Shown here: positions 18,372 to 26,981 of the stretch, in pieces
How positions within the stretch are numbered: position 1 is the stretch's first letter
Layout: each line of letters starts with the position of its first letter
From: a virus
Taxonomy: Duplodnaviria; Caudoviricetes
IMG/VR virus record: IMGVR_UViG_3300006226_001703
Location: 22,583-86,582 of that record
Strand: one strand, 5' to 3'
Length of the DNA: 64,000 nucleotides
Program-made: the position numbers and the translations under genes
Notes under the pieces: model-generated
Told to the model about the DNA's origin: nothing
Database searches by the model: none
Seen by the model: only the letters and a program-made list of their open reading frames with translations

Positions 18372-18878
18372 TTAACCACTTACTAACTGAGAATTTCCAA
18401 TTGGTGATGCATTATGACCAGCACCACAACAAGAATGCGGGGAAGTTCCACTTAATAATTCATTACAGATTGGACAACATGGAGGAGGTGGTGGTTCCGG
18501 TTCTGGTGGTAGAGGTAATGGAGGCATTGGGACAATTTCATCTAAAATGAGATAAACTTTATAGTCAAAATCTTCGTCTCTTCTTAAAAGATAAACTTTC
18601 AAAAAGTCAGTAACGAGTCCTTCTATTCTTAAAAATTTCTGATTATTAAAACGAGATATGTAATATCTACTAGCATTCTCATAATCGTCTAACCATCTTT
18701 GAAAAAGAGGTTTAAAGTCAGACTTTTGTCGAATCATTAGTTCGTGCCATCTGTCTACTTTTGCTAATAATTTAGCTCTATCGTAAACATATTCACAAAA
18801 CCCAACGTCGAGATTGCATGTATGTTGATATGGTGTTAAATGCACAGTTCTTGCCATATTATTTAGTAAATATGGCAA
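18372..18878 (-). CDS. Hypothetical protein with poly-Pro and Cys-rich tail
   Basis: PPLPLPPEPEPPPPPCCPIC...SCC. Confidence 0.55.
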   Translation of the reverse strand: MPYLLNNMARTVHLTPYQHTCNLDVGFCEYVYDRAKLLAKVDRWHELMIRQKSDFKPLFQRWLDDYENASRYYISRFNNQKFLRIEGLVTDFLKVYLLRRDEDFDYKVYLILDEIVPMPPLPLPPEPEPPPPPCCPICNELLSGTSPHSCCGAGHNASPIGNSQLVSG

Positions 18879-18885
18879 GTTTTCT

Positions 18886-20736
18886 TTAGTCTCTGATTCT
18901 CTCAGTTATGAACACTGTTTTGAATGTGTTATTCCATTTCACATTGAACTCATTATCATCTCTGCGGCTGCCTCTGGACATTGTTCTCTCACAATCTTCT
19001 TTTGAATGAACATTATAACCAATTGCATATTTTATCCCAGGCATTCCTTCAGCTGCTCTAATCCAATGTTGCAAATCGTCCTCAAAGTCAGATATAATGA
19101 ATAGTTTATCAGTTGCTTTTCTAAGATAGCCCTTTTCTTTGACATATTTAATGCCCTCAGCAATTTCAGTACCCCCACCTGCATAAACTGATTTAGTTCT
19201 GGCACTCATTATCTCATCACTAACTACTCTTGTATCACAGAAGATTATATGACTGTTCTTTAAGTCAATCCCCGAGTTCGTATCGACAATAGAGTTGATA
19301 ACACGCTCGACATAATTAGTAGGAACGGAACCGCTAACATCAACGATAATGTGACACTCGGTGGGCATCCACTTTTCAATGAAGTGACGCCGGGGTACCA
19401 CAACCCGAGATGCAAACTTGCCACGATTACTATTGTAAAGTACGTCACTATTTAACTTCCTATTCTTTTTTCCCAAACAATTCTTTCTGAGGAACTTCGT
19501 AAAGTTATCAAAAGTCTCACAAGTTTCAAATTCAAGTTGGACATCAGAATGACCAGTGCGACTTCTTCCATCACTACCAGCCGACCTTCCAAAAGATGGT
19601 CCATCCTCTTCATCACCACTGTCATCAAGCTCTTCACTCTCTGATTCTTCAGCTTTTTCTTGACTTTCCATTTGGTCAGCATATTTGTCGAGCACATCTT
19701 GACTCACAGTTTTACCTTGACCGCTATCACATGGAGAACCATTTTGGCCACAAGCTGCTGCAATCTGTTTCATGACTTGTTCCATAGTTTCATCAATATC
19801 TTTCACTAATAAAACCATATAAGTCATCCAATCAAGTTTCTCAGGCCATCCTCTATTTGCAGGATAACAGAATTGGAAGTCCCCTTCCTCACCGTTTATT
19901 CTGTCAATTAAGCTCTTCAATATGAAGTGGAACTTTCCAACTAAAGTCATGTATTCTTTTGATTCAGTTTTTCTTGCCTTAACATTCTTAATTAAACCAG
20001 ACAAGTCATCAAATTGGTTTTGAAGATCAATAAACGATATTAAAATGGCAGACCTTGACAAAGTTTTCTTAGCCTTAAACCATTCGCCATTATCAAATAA
20101 TTTGCTATTTATTTCCATATCTTGTGCAATATTACTGAACTCATGAAATAGCATTTTAACTATTTTATCTTTTGAGTTCTTCATTGTAGTTGCATCAAAG
20201 TATTTTGCTAATTTAGTGTCCCAAATTGGGTCAAGAAGTTTCTTAAATTGGTCAATGTAGATTTTATAGCCCTGAGTGTGATTAAAAATTATATGTCCCT
20301 TCTCATGAAGGTCAGCACTATCATAAGCCTCATCTTCTACCAATTCATTTATAAAGATTTTGTAAGTATTTCTCCACTCGCGAATTACACAAGCCATTGT
20401 GTGAAGCTCTTTGAATTTTTTCATATCGCGAGGAAGATATTTCACTATAGTCCCCAACCCAATTAAGTCGTCGTCAGTTTCCTGTAATTGGGTGGGAGTA
20501 TAGTTTGATCTTTTGTAAACAGAGTCAATTATTTTTTCAATATAGTCGACATCAGCTTTTGTGAGCAATCTTCCATCAGAAACATTCTCACAGAATAAAG
20601 CCTTATCATTAAACTTTACGGGTGATTTTGCATCGTACCAAGGAGCTTGTTCGTAAACTTGTTGGGCTGCCTGCCTATCTTTTGGAGTCAAAACATTGAG
20701 TGATTTATTTGCAGTTTTTGTAGTTACCTTCGCCAT
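18886..20736 (-). CDS. vWA-domain protein (partner of MoxR ATPase)
   Basis: C-terminal HIIVDVSGSV (MIDAS DxSxS), IIFCDT, GGGT, LFIISD; acidic linker. Confidence 0.8.
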   Translation of the reverse strand: MAKVTTKTANKSLNVLTPKDRQAAQQVYEQAPWYDAKSPVKFNDKALFCENVSDGRLLTKADVDYIEKIIDSVYKRSNYTPTQLQETDDDLIGLGTIVKYLPRDMKKFKELHTMACVIREWRNTYKIFINELVEDEAYDSADLHEKGHIIFNHTQGYKIYIDQFKKLLDPIWDTKLAKYFDATTMKNSKDKIVKMLFHEFSNIAQDMEINSKLFDNGEWFKAKKTLSRSAILISFIDLQNQFDDLSGLIKNVKARKTESKEYMTLVGKFHFILKSLIDRINGEEGDFQFCYPANRGWPEKLDWMTYMVLLVKDIDETMEQVMKQIAAACGQNGSPCDSGQGKTVSQDVLDKYADQMESQEKAEESESEELDDSGDEEDGPSFGRSAGSDGRSRTGHSDVQLEFETCETFDNFTKFLRKNCLGKKNRKLNSDVLYNSNRGKFASRVVVPRRHFIEKWMPTECHIIVDVSGSVPTNYVERVINSIVDTNSGIDLKNSHIIFCDTRVVSDEIMSARTKSVYAGGGTEIAEGIKYVKEKGYLRKATDKLFIISDFEDDLQHWIRAAEGMPGIKYAIGYNVHSKEDCERTMSRGSRRDDNEFNVKWNNTFKTVFITERIRD

Positions 20737-20765
20737 TATTTATCCTCCAATAAGATATAAGACAT

Positions 20766-20987
20766 TTAAGCCGTCAAGTTCCAATAGTTATTTTCATCTG
20801 CCATCGTTAGCCATTCTTTTACTGGAATGTTTTTGATTCCTTCCTTGTCAGGCCAATAAACAGAATCAATTGTTGAAGTCGTCAAGTTTGTCGTTTTCTT
20901 ATTGAGGTTGTTAGCCTCGTGAAAAATGTCGTTCCTGACAAAAGCTTTTTTGTTTTCTCCGCTTTTCATTTTAACTAAAACTATCAT
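20766..20987 (-). CDS. Hypothetical protein
   Basis: 73 aa, SD ggagg. Confidence 0.55.
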   Translation of the reverse strand: MIVLVKMKSGENKKAFVRNDIFHEANNLNKKTTNLTTSTIDSVYWPDKEGIKNIPVKEWLTMADENNYWNLTA

Positions 20988-20998
20988 TCTGTTCCTCC

Positions 20999-22360
20999 TT
21001 AAAGGCTATTCAAGATAGCAGTTTTATAAGCCTCGTATGTGTTGCAGATTAACTCTATTTTGTTAAGCACAGGCTTGAGTTCGAACAATTCCATGTTCTT
21101 TAAGTAATTCCGCATTGTGTCGATTTTGTTCAAGTCCATCAAAATAGTGTTATTGTCCCACTTATTTATGACGGCCTCCATACCTTGGACTGTTGGCGGA
21201 TAAGTTTTCTCGATGATTTCAGTTAACCGCTGAATGTTTATGTCGTTCACATTTCCGTTGGACTCATGATAGCGCATCCATTCAGAGATACATTTTTCAA
21301 CTGATTTCTTCTTGTAGTTTAATTCCACCGCATTTATTTCGTTTATGTTTTCTTCAACTGCTTTTCTTAAAACTGTCTGGAAACCACGAATGATATAAGT
21401 GTGGTAGTCATCTTTTTCTTGCGGTGTTTTGAAGTTATTAGTTCCAAGCCCAACGAGTCCCAAACAAAATGCGATAATATGGCGCTTGAACTTCTTGCGG
21501 ATAATTCCAAAGTGAACACAAGCAAGAGCAATCTGATACAAGTAGTGAATTGTTCGTCCAGTTATGAATCCATAAATTGGTCCAGGTTGGTCGAAAATAT
21601 CTGAGAAGTCGGTGTTCTGAATGTTTATGTAACCATCATTTGGGTTGTATTGCTCAAATAATTTACACATAATCGTCTTGAGGATTTTCCTAACGGAATC
21701 TTCAATTGCAGGTGTAACATTCACATAAGCGAAAACTGGGATATTGGCTTCCCTTTCCTCTTTAGTCTGAAGGAACTCTTCAACCAATCCAACACCATCA
21801 AAAGGACGAACATTGATGATACAGAATCTGTTTAATGTCGGAGCTTGAATTCCACACTGAGGCGGGATATTTCCCTTGTAGTTAGCGGCTGATACAACTA
21901 GACAATCTTCTGGAAGAAAGTTTTCCTTGCCTCCAACTTTTCTGTCAAAAATGAGCTGCAACATGGCACCCTGAACATTGTCAGCTGCCTGTGAAAGCTC
22001 ATCAATAAAGAGCAAAGTCTTAAACCCTTGCCGTTTATTTTCCATGATTTCGTCAAACCAGTCGGGTGTGTAAGTTATAAGTCTGCGCTCTGATGTGTCA
22101 TTTACCATGTAACCGAGAATTTCCTCCGCCACTCTCTGTGTACCGATAAGCGTTGTGACTTTGTAACCATACTGTTCCGCCCACATTCTGACGCCAGTAG
22201 TTTTTGCAATCCCAGGATTACCCAAAAAGAGAAACGGAATCTTTGAGTACTCTGCAACTGAAAGCGAGATATAGATTAAGTCCCTAATCTCGTTAACATT
22301 ACGTTCCTCATCATCGTCATCTTTTGTTGGTCCAGTGGGATCGATTTGATTTTTGGCCAT
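20999..22360 (-). CDS. MoxR-like AAA+ ATPase
   Basis: FLGNPGIAKT, LLFIDELSQA, VVSAANY, PTLNRF. Confidence 0.88.
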   Translation of the reverse strand: MAKNQIDPTGPTKDDDDEERNVNEIRDLIYISLSVAEYSKIPFLFLGNPGIAKTTGVRMWAEQYGYKVTTLIGTQRVAEEILGYMVNDTSERRLITYTPDWFDEIMENKRQGFKTLLFIDELSQAADNVQGAMLQLIFDRKVGGKENFLPEDCLVVSAANYKGNIPPQCGIQAPTLNRFCIINVRPFDGVGLVEEFLQTKEEREANIPVFAYVNVTPAIEDSVRKILKTIMCKLFEQYNPNDGYINIQNTDFSDIFDQPGPIYGFITGRTIHYLYQIALACVHFGIIRKKFKRHIIAFCLGLVGLGTNNFKTPQEKDDYHTYIIRGFQTVLRKAVEENINEINAVELNYKKKSVEKCISEWMRYHESNGNVNDINIQRLTEIIEKTYPPTVQGMEAVINKWDNNTILMDLNKIDTMRNYLKNMELFELKPVLNKIELICNTYEAYKTAILNSL

Positions 22361-22375
22361 TTATATGCCTCCTAA

Positions 22376-22406
22376 TAATATATAAGAATCACTGATTTTA
22401 TCTAAC
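22376..22406 (-). promoter_or_regulatory. Class I-like early promoter (CTTATATATTA box)
   Basis: Identical -10-like box upstream of moxR; -35 less conserved. Confidence 0.5.
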
Positions 22407-22727
22407 GACAATGTCGGAATTCTTCCTAGAGAATCTGTTGCGGAAATATGCAAGTGCTTCTTCAAATGAGACATGACGGATATGTTTACAACCGTTCTCA
22501 TTATTCCAAAGAATTGGCGTGCATGATGTTATGTTGAAATTTCGACCGTAAGGGTCAGGCCTTTTAGTTAAACAGCGGACTACGCCATTTTTGTAAAAGA
22601 CATAAGTTTTGTGTTTTACGCCAAAGTCAAAAGCGAAAGTGCCATTATTAAGTTGTCTCTGAGTTGAGATAAACTTACCGTTACATTCATTGGCCAATTC
22701 ATTGGCGAGTTTTATTTGGTTTTCCAT
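22398..22727 (-). CDS. Hypothetical early protein (probably leaderless)
   Basis: 109 aa; ATG follows the promoter box by 3 nt with no SD. Confidence 0.65.
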   Translation of the reverse strand: MENQIKLANELANECNGKFISTQRQLNNGTFAFDFGVKHKTYVFYKNGVVRCLTKRPDPYGRNFNITSCTPILWNNENGCKHIRHVSFEEALAYFRNRFSRKNSDIVVR

Positions 22728-22730
22728 GTA

Positions 22731-22764
22731 TAATATATAAGTTTTTGGACTTATATGTTCAAAA
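22731..22764 (-). promoter_or_regulatory. Class I early promoter TTTTGAACA-N14-CTTATATATTA
   Basis: Second copy of the bipartite motif with identical spacing. Confidence 0.75.
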
Positions 22765-22769
22765 TCTAA

Positions 22770-23306
22770 TTACCACCAATTAAACACATAATGGCCAATT
22801 AAGTAAACTGCTCCAGTTATTGCAATGGTTCCAACTCCATAAGAAGTCATTCTAACATCTTGATTAGCAATTCCAGTTCCAAGCATGTAACCACCAGCAG
22901 CCATACCGGCTCCAGTTATCCCAAAAACTACAGGTTGAAATTTCTCTTTTCTAATTAGACGAGCTGTTTCTCTTGCCCATGCATCTGAAATTGCTCTCTG
23001 TTGGTCAAGTAAGCCTTCCATGTACCACCAATTTTCAAGTGCATCAATTACACCTTCTTCAGCAGAGGCTAATCTCACTCGTAAGGCTTCAATCATTTGT
23101 CTTGATTCATTGAGAAGAGCTTGCATCTCTTCATTGTTTTCAGTTAAAAGTTGGACTCTTTCATTAACTCTTTCCCATGCTTCTTCTATTTCGTCAATTT
23201 GAAACATTACTCCATCAATAAAACTCTGTAACATTTCTTCATCTTCAAAAGCATATAAGCCAGATGCTAATAATCCAATAAAAACGATAAGTACGATTTT
23301 TTTCAT
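22770..23306 (-). CDS. Exported coiled-coil protein with C-terminal hydrophobic hairpin; spanin-like candidate
   Basis: Signal peptide MKKIVLIVFIGLLASGLYA, central coiled coil, two Gly-rich hydrophobic C-terminal helices. Confidence 0.5.
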   Translation of the reverse strand: MKKIVLIVFIGLLASGLYAFEDEEMLQSFIDGVMFQIDEIEEAWERVNERVQLLTENNEEMQALLNESRQMIEALRVRLASAEEGVIDALENWWYMEGLLDQQRAISDAWARETARLIRKEKFQPVVFGITGAGMAAGGYMLGTGIANQDVRMTSYGVGTIAITGAVYLIGHYVFNWW

Positions 23307-23307
23307 C

Positions 23308-23709
23308 TTAATTCTCCAATAATTCTAAAGTGCGTTGGTTGATTCTAAATTGGTGTAATGCGAATTCTCCTAATCTTTGAACTGACACTCTCAAATTATT
23401 GATGTTTATTCCACCTAAAATCTCACTAATCTCACCTAATATCTCATTAGAACTAATAGTCAATAAAATGATTTCTTCATTATTATTATCAACAATGAGA
23501 GCATACTCTTGTGATGCTCTTAAATCTTCTAAAGCTGATTCTAATTGAGATTCCAAAATTTCGCCTTGGGCTTTCAATTCAGCATTTATGGCGTTCATCT
23601 CCTGGGCATAAGCGACGGAACCTGACCTTCCGTAGTAAATAGCAAACCCAGTACTGACAGCGGCTATAACAGCTACGATGATAAATGCTATTTTCCAATT
23701 CTTTGTCAA
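23308..23709 (-). CDS. N-terminal TM plus coiled-coil protein; i-spanin-like candidate
   Basis: TM at residues ~7-26 then coiled coil; TTG start with SD aggag; class III motif at 23724-23731. Confidence 0.5.
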   Translation of the reverse strand: MTKNWKIAFIIVAVIAAVSTGFAIYYGRSGSVAYAQEMNAINAELKAQGEILESQLESALEDLRASQEYALIVDNNNEEIILLTISSNEILGEISEILGGININNLRVSVQRLGEFALHQFRINQRTLELLEN

Positions 23710-23726
23710 TTTATTACTCCTAATAA

Positions 23727-24035
23727 TTAGTTGGCCAACTCCTGTGTCTCAACTATTACATCTTCTCCATAAGTGTTTACAAGCGTATTCATAATGTCAG
23801 AAGGCGGGTAGAAAAGTTTGACATTTTTGTACTCATCAATTTTTCGAAAGTCCTTCTTTTCTGTGCATTGTGTACAGTAGATATTCCAAATGTTATCCTT
23901 TTCAGATTTAAGATACATAAACATATCACCATTTAGTTCACAATCACATTGTCCGAGTGGTAGCATATTTTCTACTATTTCCATAGTATTGTTATGTGCT
24001 GCAGCTGCTTCTTTCTTCTTTAGTCTATTACTCAT
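23727..24035 (-). CDS. Hypothetical protein with CxC/CxxC
   Basis: CDC...CTQC; class II motif (24042-24051) 6 nt before ATG. Confidence 0.6.
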   Translation of the reverse strand: MSNRLKKKEAAAAHNNTMEIVENMLPLGQCDCELNGDMFMYLKSEKDNIWNIYCTQCTEKKDFRKIDEYKNVKLFYPPSDIMNTLVNTYGEDVIVETQELAN

Positions 24036-24070
24036 AATGATTATATTAACTATGTTAGATATAAAAAATT

Positions 24071-24137
24071 CTTGACTGGTGAAAACTCTTTCATCTTTAA
24101 AGATAAATTTAGCTATGAAAGAAAACTCGAGGTCAAG
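24071..24137. other. Nested inverted-repeat structure 3' of the HNH gene
   Basis: CTTGAC/GTCAAG outer stem, TCTTTCAT/ATGAAAGA inner stem, direct repeat GAAAACTC. Confidence 0.45.
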
Positions 24138-24845
24138 CTAAACTAAATAGTCCCATCTATATCCATTCATAGTTTTCTTATATTTGATACTTCTTCTAAT
24201 AGAAGAAATTGATATGTCTAAATCATTAGCAGCATCTTCAGCACAGAGATAAATCTTTCCAGTAGTTTCGTTTATTATAGATTTACGTTTGGCCTTAGCA
24301 ATAGACTCATTATGTGATTTTGGCCTTTGAGATGCATAAATAGAAATCTTTTCATTTCGTTTCTTAATAGTCAATGGGTCAAGGTTAGACATTGCAAGTG
24401 ATATTTTCTTCTTAATTATAGCCGCTTTTCTTTTTCCAAATTGGGCTTCATAAGTTTCAGGCTTAAAGTACTTCTGATAACATTCTTCTGACTCTTTGTA
24501 TTCTCTACTAAAAGCATGTCTAATTTGTGGAAACTTCTTTAATATGCAATATGCTTCAGTAAAATTTCCAATCGCATATTGTTCTTTGTTGGGTGTAAAT
24601 AGCCATTCTCTTGCTCTTAGATAGTGGGCTTTAAAATGAATTGAAACTGGTAATTCAATTGTTTCAATCTCATCTAAATCTTTACATTCAAATGCTGGAA
24701 TTATGTGATGAGTTTGAGTGAATATGTTATGGTCTTCATAAAACTTTTTATTGAATTGTTTCATGAATGTAATTAGCTCACTATATTCATCTATCTTTTC
24801 TGCGTGATAAAATTCTCCAAAAAAACATACATCAACAATCATCAA
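24138..24845 (-). CDS. Free-standing HNH homing endonuclease with NUMOD1/IENR1 C-terminus
   Basis: THHIIP...IELPVSIHFKAH; C-terminal IINETTGKIY...AANDLDISISSI....GYRWDY. Confidence 0.8.
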   Translation of the reverse strand: MMIVDVCFFGEFYHAEKIDEYSELITFMKQFNKKFYEDHNIFTQTHHIIPAFECKDLDEIETIELPVSIHFKAHYLRAREWLFTPNKEQYAIGNFTEAYCILKKFPQIRHAFSREYKESEECYQKYFKPETYEAQFGKRKAAIIKKKISLAMSNLDPLTIKKRNEKISIYASQRPKSHNESIAKAKRKSIINETTGKIYLCAEDAANDLDISISSIRRSIKYKKTMNGYRWDYLV

Positions 24846-24876
24846 AACACCTCTGAACTTATTAGTTAGTCAAGTT

Positions 24877-25410
24877 TTATTTTGATGAAACTTTTAACAT
24901 TCCCAATTTCTTTGCTATTCTTCTATTATTTCTTAATTTAATGATATTTTCTATTTCTTCTCTTTTTCTTTCTTTTCTAACATTATTTATAATTTCTTTT
25001 ATTATTTTTAATCTTTTATTGTCTTCAACTTTTTTTCTATAATCTTCTATTCTTTTTTGATCTTCTAATAATTTCTTTTTATTCTTATATTTTCTTTTTC
25101 TAACATTATAAAAATTATTATGCCCGCCTTTCATTATGTTTAAGTATAAAGGATCTTTCAATATTTTGTCAATAAATTCTTCCTCTAATTTATTTAATTC
25201 ATCAAAAGAATCAGCCCAAGCTAAAACTTCTATTTTGAAATTCTTTGTGCCATATTTTCTTATTATATCTCTTATATATCTTCCTGACCCAAAATAATGA
25301 ATATCTAAAATAGGACTTGAATGTTGACCAATATAAAATCTTTCGTATGGATGATTTTCCGTAGGAGGGACGGTTGTTTTATAAACATAACCAAAATATT
25401 CTTTTTCCAT
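24877..25410 (-). CDS. Free-standing GIY-YIG (Seg-like) homing endonuclease
   Basis: GYVYKTT...FYIGQH...YFGSG, F.IEVL, LEEEFI, YLN. Confidence 0.85.
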   Translation of the reverse strand: MEKEYFGYVYKTTVPPTENHPYERFYIGQHSSPILDIHYFGSGRYIRDIIRKYGTKNFKIEVLAWADSFDELNKLEEEFIDKILKDPLYLNIMKGGHNNFYNVRKRKYKNKKKLLEDQKRIEDYRKKVEDNKRLKIIKEIINNVRKERKREEIENIIKLRNNRRIAKKLGMLKVSSK

Positions 25411-25431
25411 TTGTTTAATTCCTTTTAAGTG

Positions 25432-25507
25432 GTTACCACGCCACTATAATAATTAGTAAAAAAGTTAGGCGGAACCAAATGTAATTCCGCCAAATAAAGG
25501 TGGTAAC
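25432..25507 (-). promoter_or_regulatory. Structured 5' leader of the GIY-YIG gene
   Basis: GTTACCAC/GTGGTAAC inverted pair enclosing hairpin GGCGGAA/TTCCGCC (25468-25491); class III motif at 25450-25457. Confidence 0.45.
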
Positions 25508-25617
25508 TTTATCTGTCCTTTTATATTTAGTTTAAATATGAACTTATTAGTTAGCCTTAAATTTAGCAATATTTTGTGAAAATTTTAAACTCACTATATA
25601 ATCAAGGAGAATAAAGA

Positions 25618-26370
25618 ATGTCTTATAACAGAGGAAGAACAACCTCTCCAATTAGAGGTTTAGTAAATGCAGGTGCTGACTTATTAACGCACATGTATGA
25701 TGTACGTATATTTTTTCCATCAACAAGTGGGCAACCAGAAGAATCATCTTTTAGTGCTTATCCAATAACAGTTAGAGCAGATGGCTTCAAAATTCCTGAC
25801 GTAAAAATTGAAACTTATGAGATCAAGTACCATGGCGTACATATTGATCGACCTAAGGCAACTTTAACAATGGATAGAAAGTTTGATATGCAATTCAGAG
25901 AAGATGCTGCATTTGACTTAAGAAGAAGATTCACAGCTTGGTTAATGGCTATTGTTGATCCAGTAACTGGCGGTGTTTCAAATGCAACCCAGTTCTTTGG
26001 AAGAATAGAAGTAGCAACAATTGCTGGTGCATATTTTGCAACAACAATTAACAGTCCAGTCGGTGACGGCGGAAAAACAGCAAGTAGAGGACCAACTGAC
26101 GTCGAAGATACATTTGGTCATATCACATCTAGAAATGATGTTAACCCATTAGCAATGTGGAAATTCTACAATGTTTGGGTATCAGGTGTTTCTGGTATTG
26201 ATTTCAAAACTGAATCAGGGGACCCAAATAAGTTCACTGTTAACTTTCACTTTATGGATTGTGATTATCCACAATATGGTGGTAACACATTATCACTTAG
26301 CAAATCAACAATCGATGACTGGAAAGAAGTCGTTGGTAGTCCTGGTTGGACATCTGTATTGGATAGATAA
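25618..26370 (+). CDS. Tail tube-like protein (T4 gp19/gp54 fold)
   Basis: ADGFKIPDVKIETYEIKYHG...KFDMQFREDAAF..RRRFTAWL...WKFYNVWVSGVSGIDF..E...KFTVNFHF follows the gp19 pattern. Confidence 0.75.
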   Translation: MSYNRGRTTSPIRGLVNAGADLLTHMYDVRIFFPSTSGQPEESSFSAYPITVRADGFKIPDVKIETYEIKYHGVHIDRPKATLTMDRKFDMQFREDAAFDLRRRFTAWLMAIVDPVTGGVSNATQFFGRIEVATIAGAYFATTINSPVGDGGKTASRGPTDVEDTFGHITSRNDVNPLAMWKFYNVWVSGVSGIDFKTESGDPNKFTVNFHFMDCDYPQYGGNTLSLSKSTIDDWKEVVGSPGWTSVLDR

Positions 26371-26372
26371 TT

Positions 26373-26555
26373 ATGAAAGATGAAGATGTAATCGAGAGAT
26401 TAGAAGAAATAATCGACACAATTAGAGCCGGTAACAGAGAACAAGCTGAAACTGATCTTGCTGACTTATATGATGAAATATCAGAAGAGTATGAAGATTG
26501 GGATGATGTTGATGAAGATGAATATGACGAAGAAGAGGAAGAAGAAAACGAATGA
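26373..26555 (+). CDS. Small very acidic protein
   Basis: 60 aa, D/E-rich tail. Confidence 0.55.
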   Translation: MKDEDVIERLEEIIDTIRAGNREQAETDLADLYDEISEEYEDWDDVDEDEYDEEEEEENE

Positions 26556-26818
26556 AAGTGAGTCAACTTAAACGCATTTTAGAGTATGCACTTGAAAGAT
26601 TAGAAGATTATGAAGGTGATGAAAAAATTGAAATGCAGTCAAACACTTATTTCGTTAAAAATGCAAAAATGTTTGTTGGTTGTAACGAAGGCTATTTTGA
26701 TTTAGAAAACATCGAAGTTGAATTTGATGATGATAGATGTGAATCATGTAAGGGACAAATTGAGTGGAACGAAGATGGAACTGCAGGTATTTGTTCAAGA
26801 TGTGGTGAAGAATATTAA
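26552..26818 (+). CDS. Hypothetical protein with C-terminal Zn ribbon
   Basis: CESC...CSRCG. Confidence 0.55.
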   Translation: MKVSQLKRILEYALERLEDYEGDEKIEMQSNTYFVKNAKMFVGCNEGYFDLENIEVEFDDDRCESCKGQIEWNEDGTAGICSRCGEEY

Positions 26819-26829
26819 GGAGGTTAGCT

Positions 26830-26919
26830 ATGGGAAATAAGAATAAAGCTAAGGCAAAAGGTAACCCCCAGCCAGTTGCAAAAAACAAGCCAAAACAGAA
26901 AACTAAAAAGAAAAAGTAA
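26830..26919 (+). CDS. Small Lys-rich peptide (29 aa, not in ORF track)
   Basis: MGNKNKAKAKGNPQPVAKNKPKQKTKKKK with SD ggagg, followed by a terminator. Confidence 0.55.
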   Translation: MGNKNKAKAKGNPQPVAKNKPKQKTKKKK

Positions 26920-26925
26920 TAAAAT

Positions 26926-26955
26926 AGGGCACTATTTTAAGTGCCCTTTTTATTT
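26926..26955 (+). terminator. Rho-independent terminator
   Basis: AGGGCAC-N8-GTGCCCT followed by TTTTATTT. Confidence 0.8.
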
Positions 26956-26970
26956 ATATTGTTCAATTAA

Positions 26971-26978
26971 ACTAAATA
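26971..26978 (+). promoter_or_regulatory. Class III late-type motif ACTAAATA, 3 nt before ATG
   Basis: actaaata-att-ATG, no SD. Confidence 0.6.
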
Positions 26979-26981
26979 ATT

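Noticed and set aside
18886-22360. MoxR-vWA pair and rIIA/rIIB as novel systems
   Set aside because: Both are common modules in large phages.
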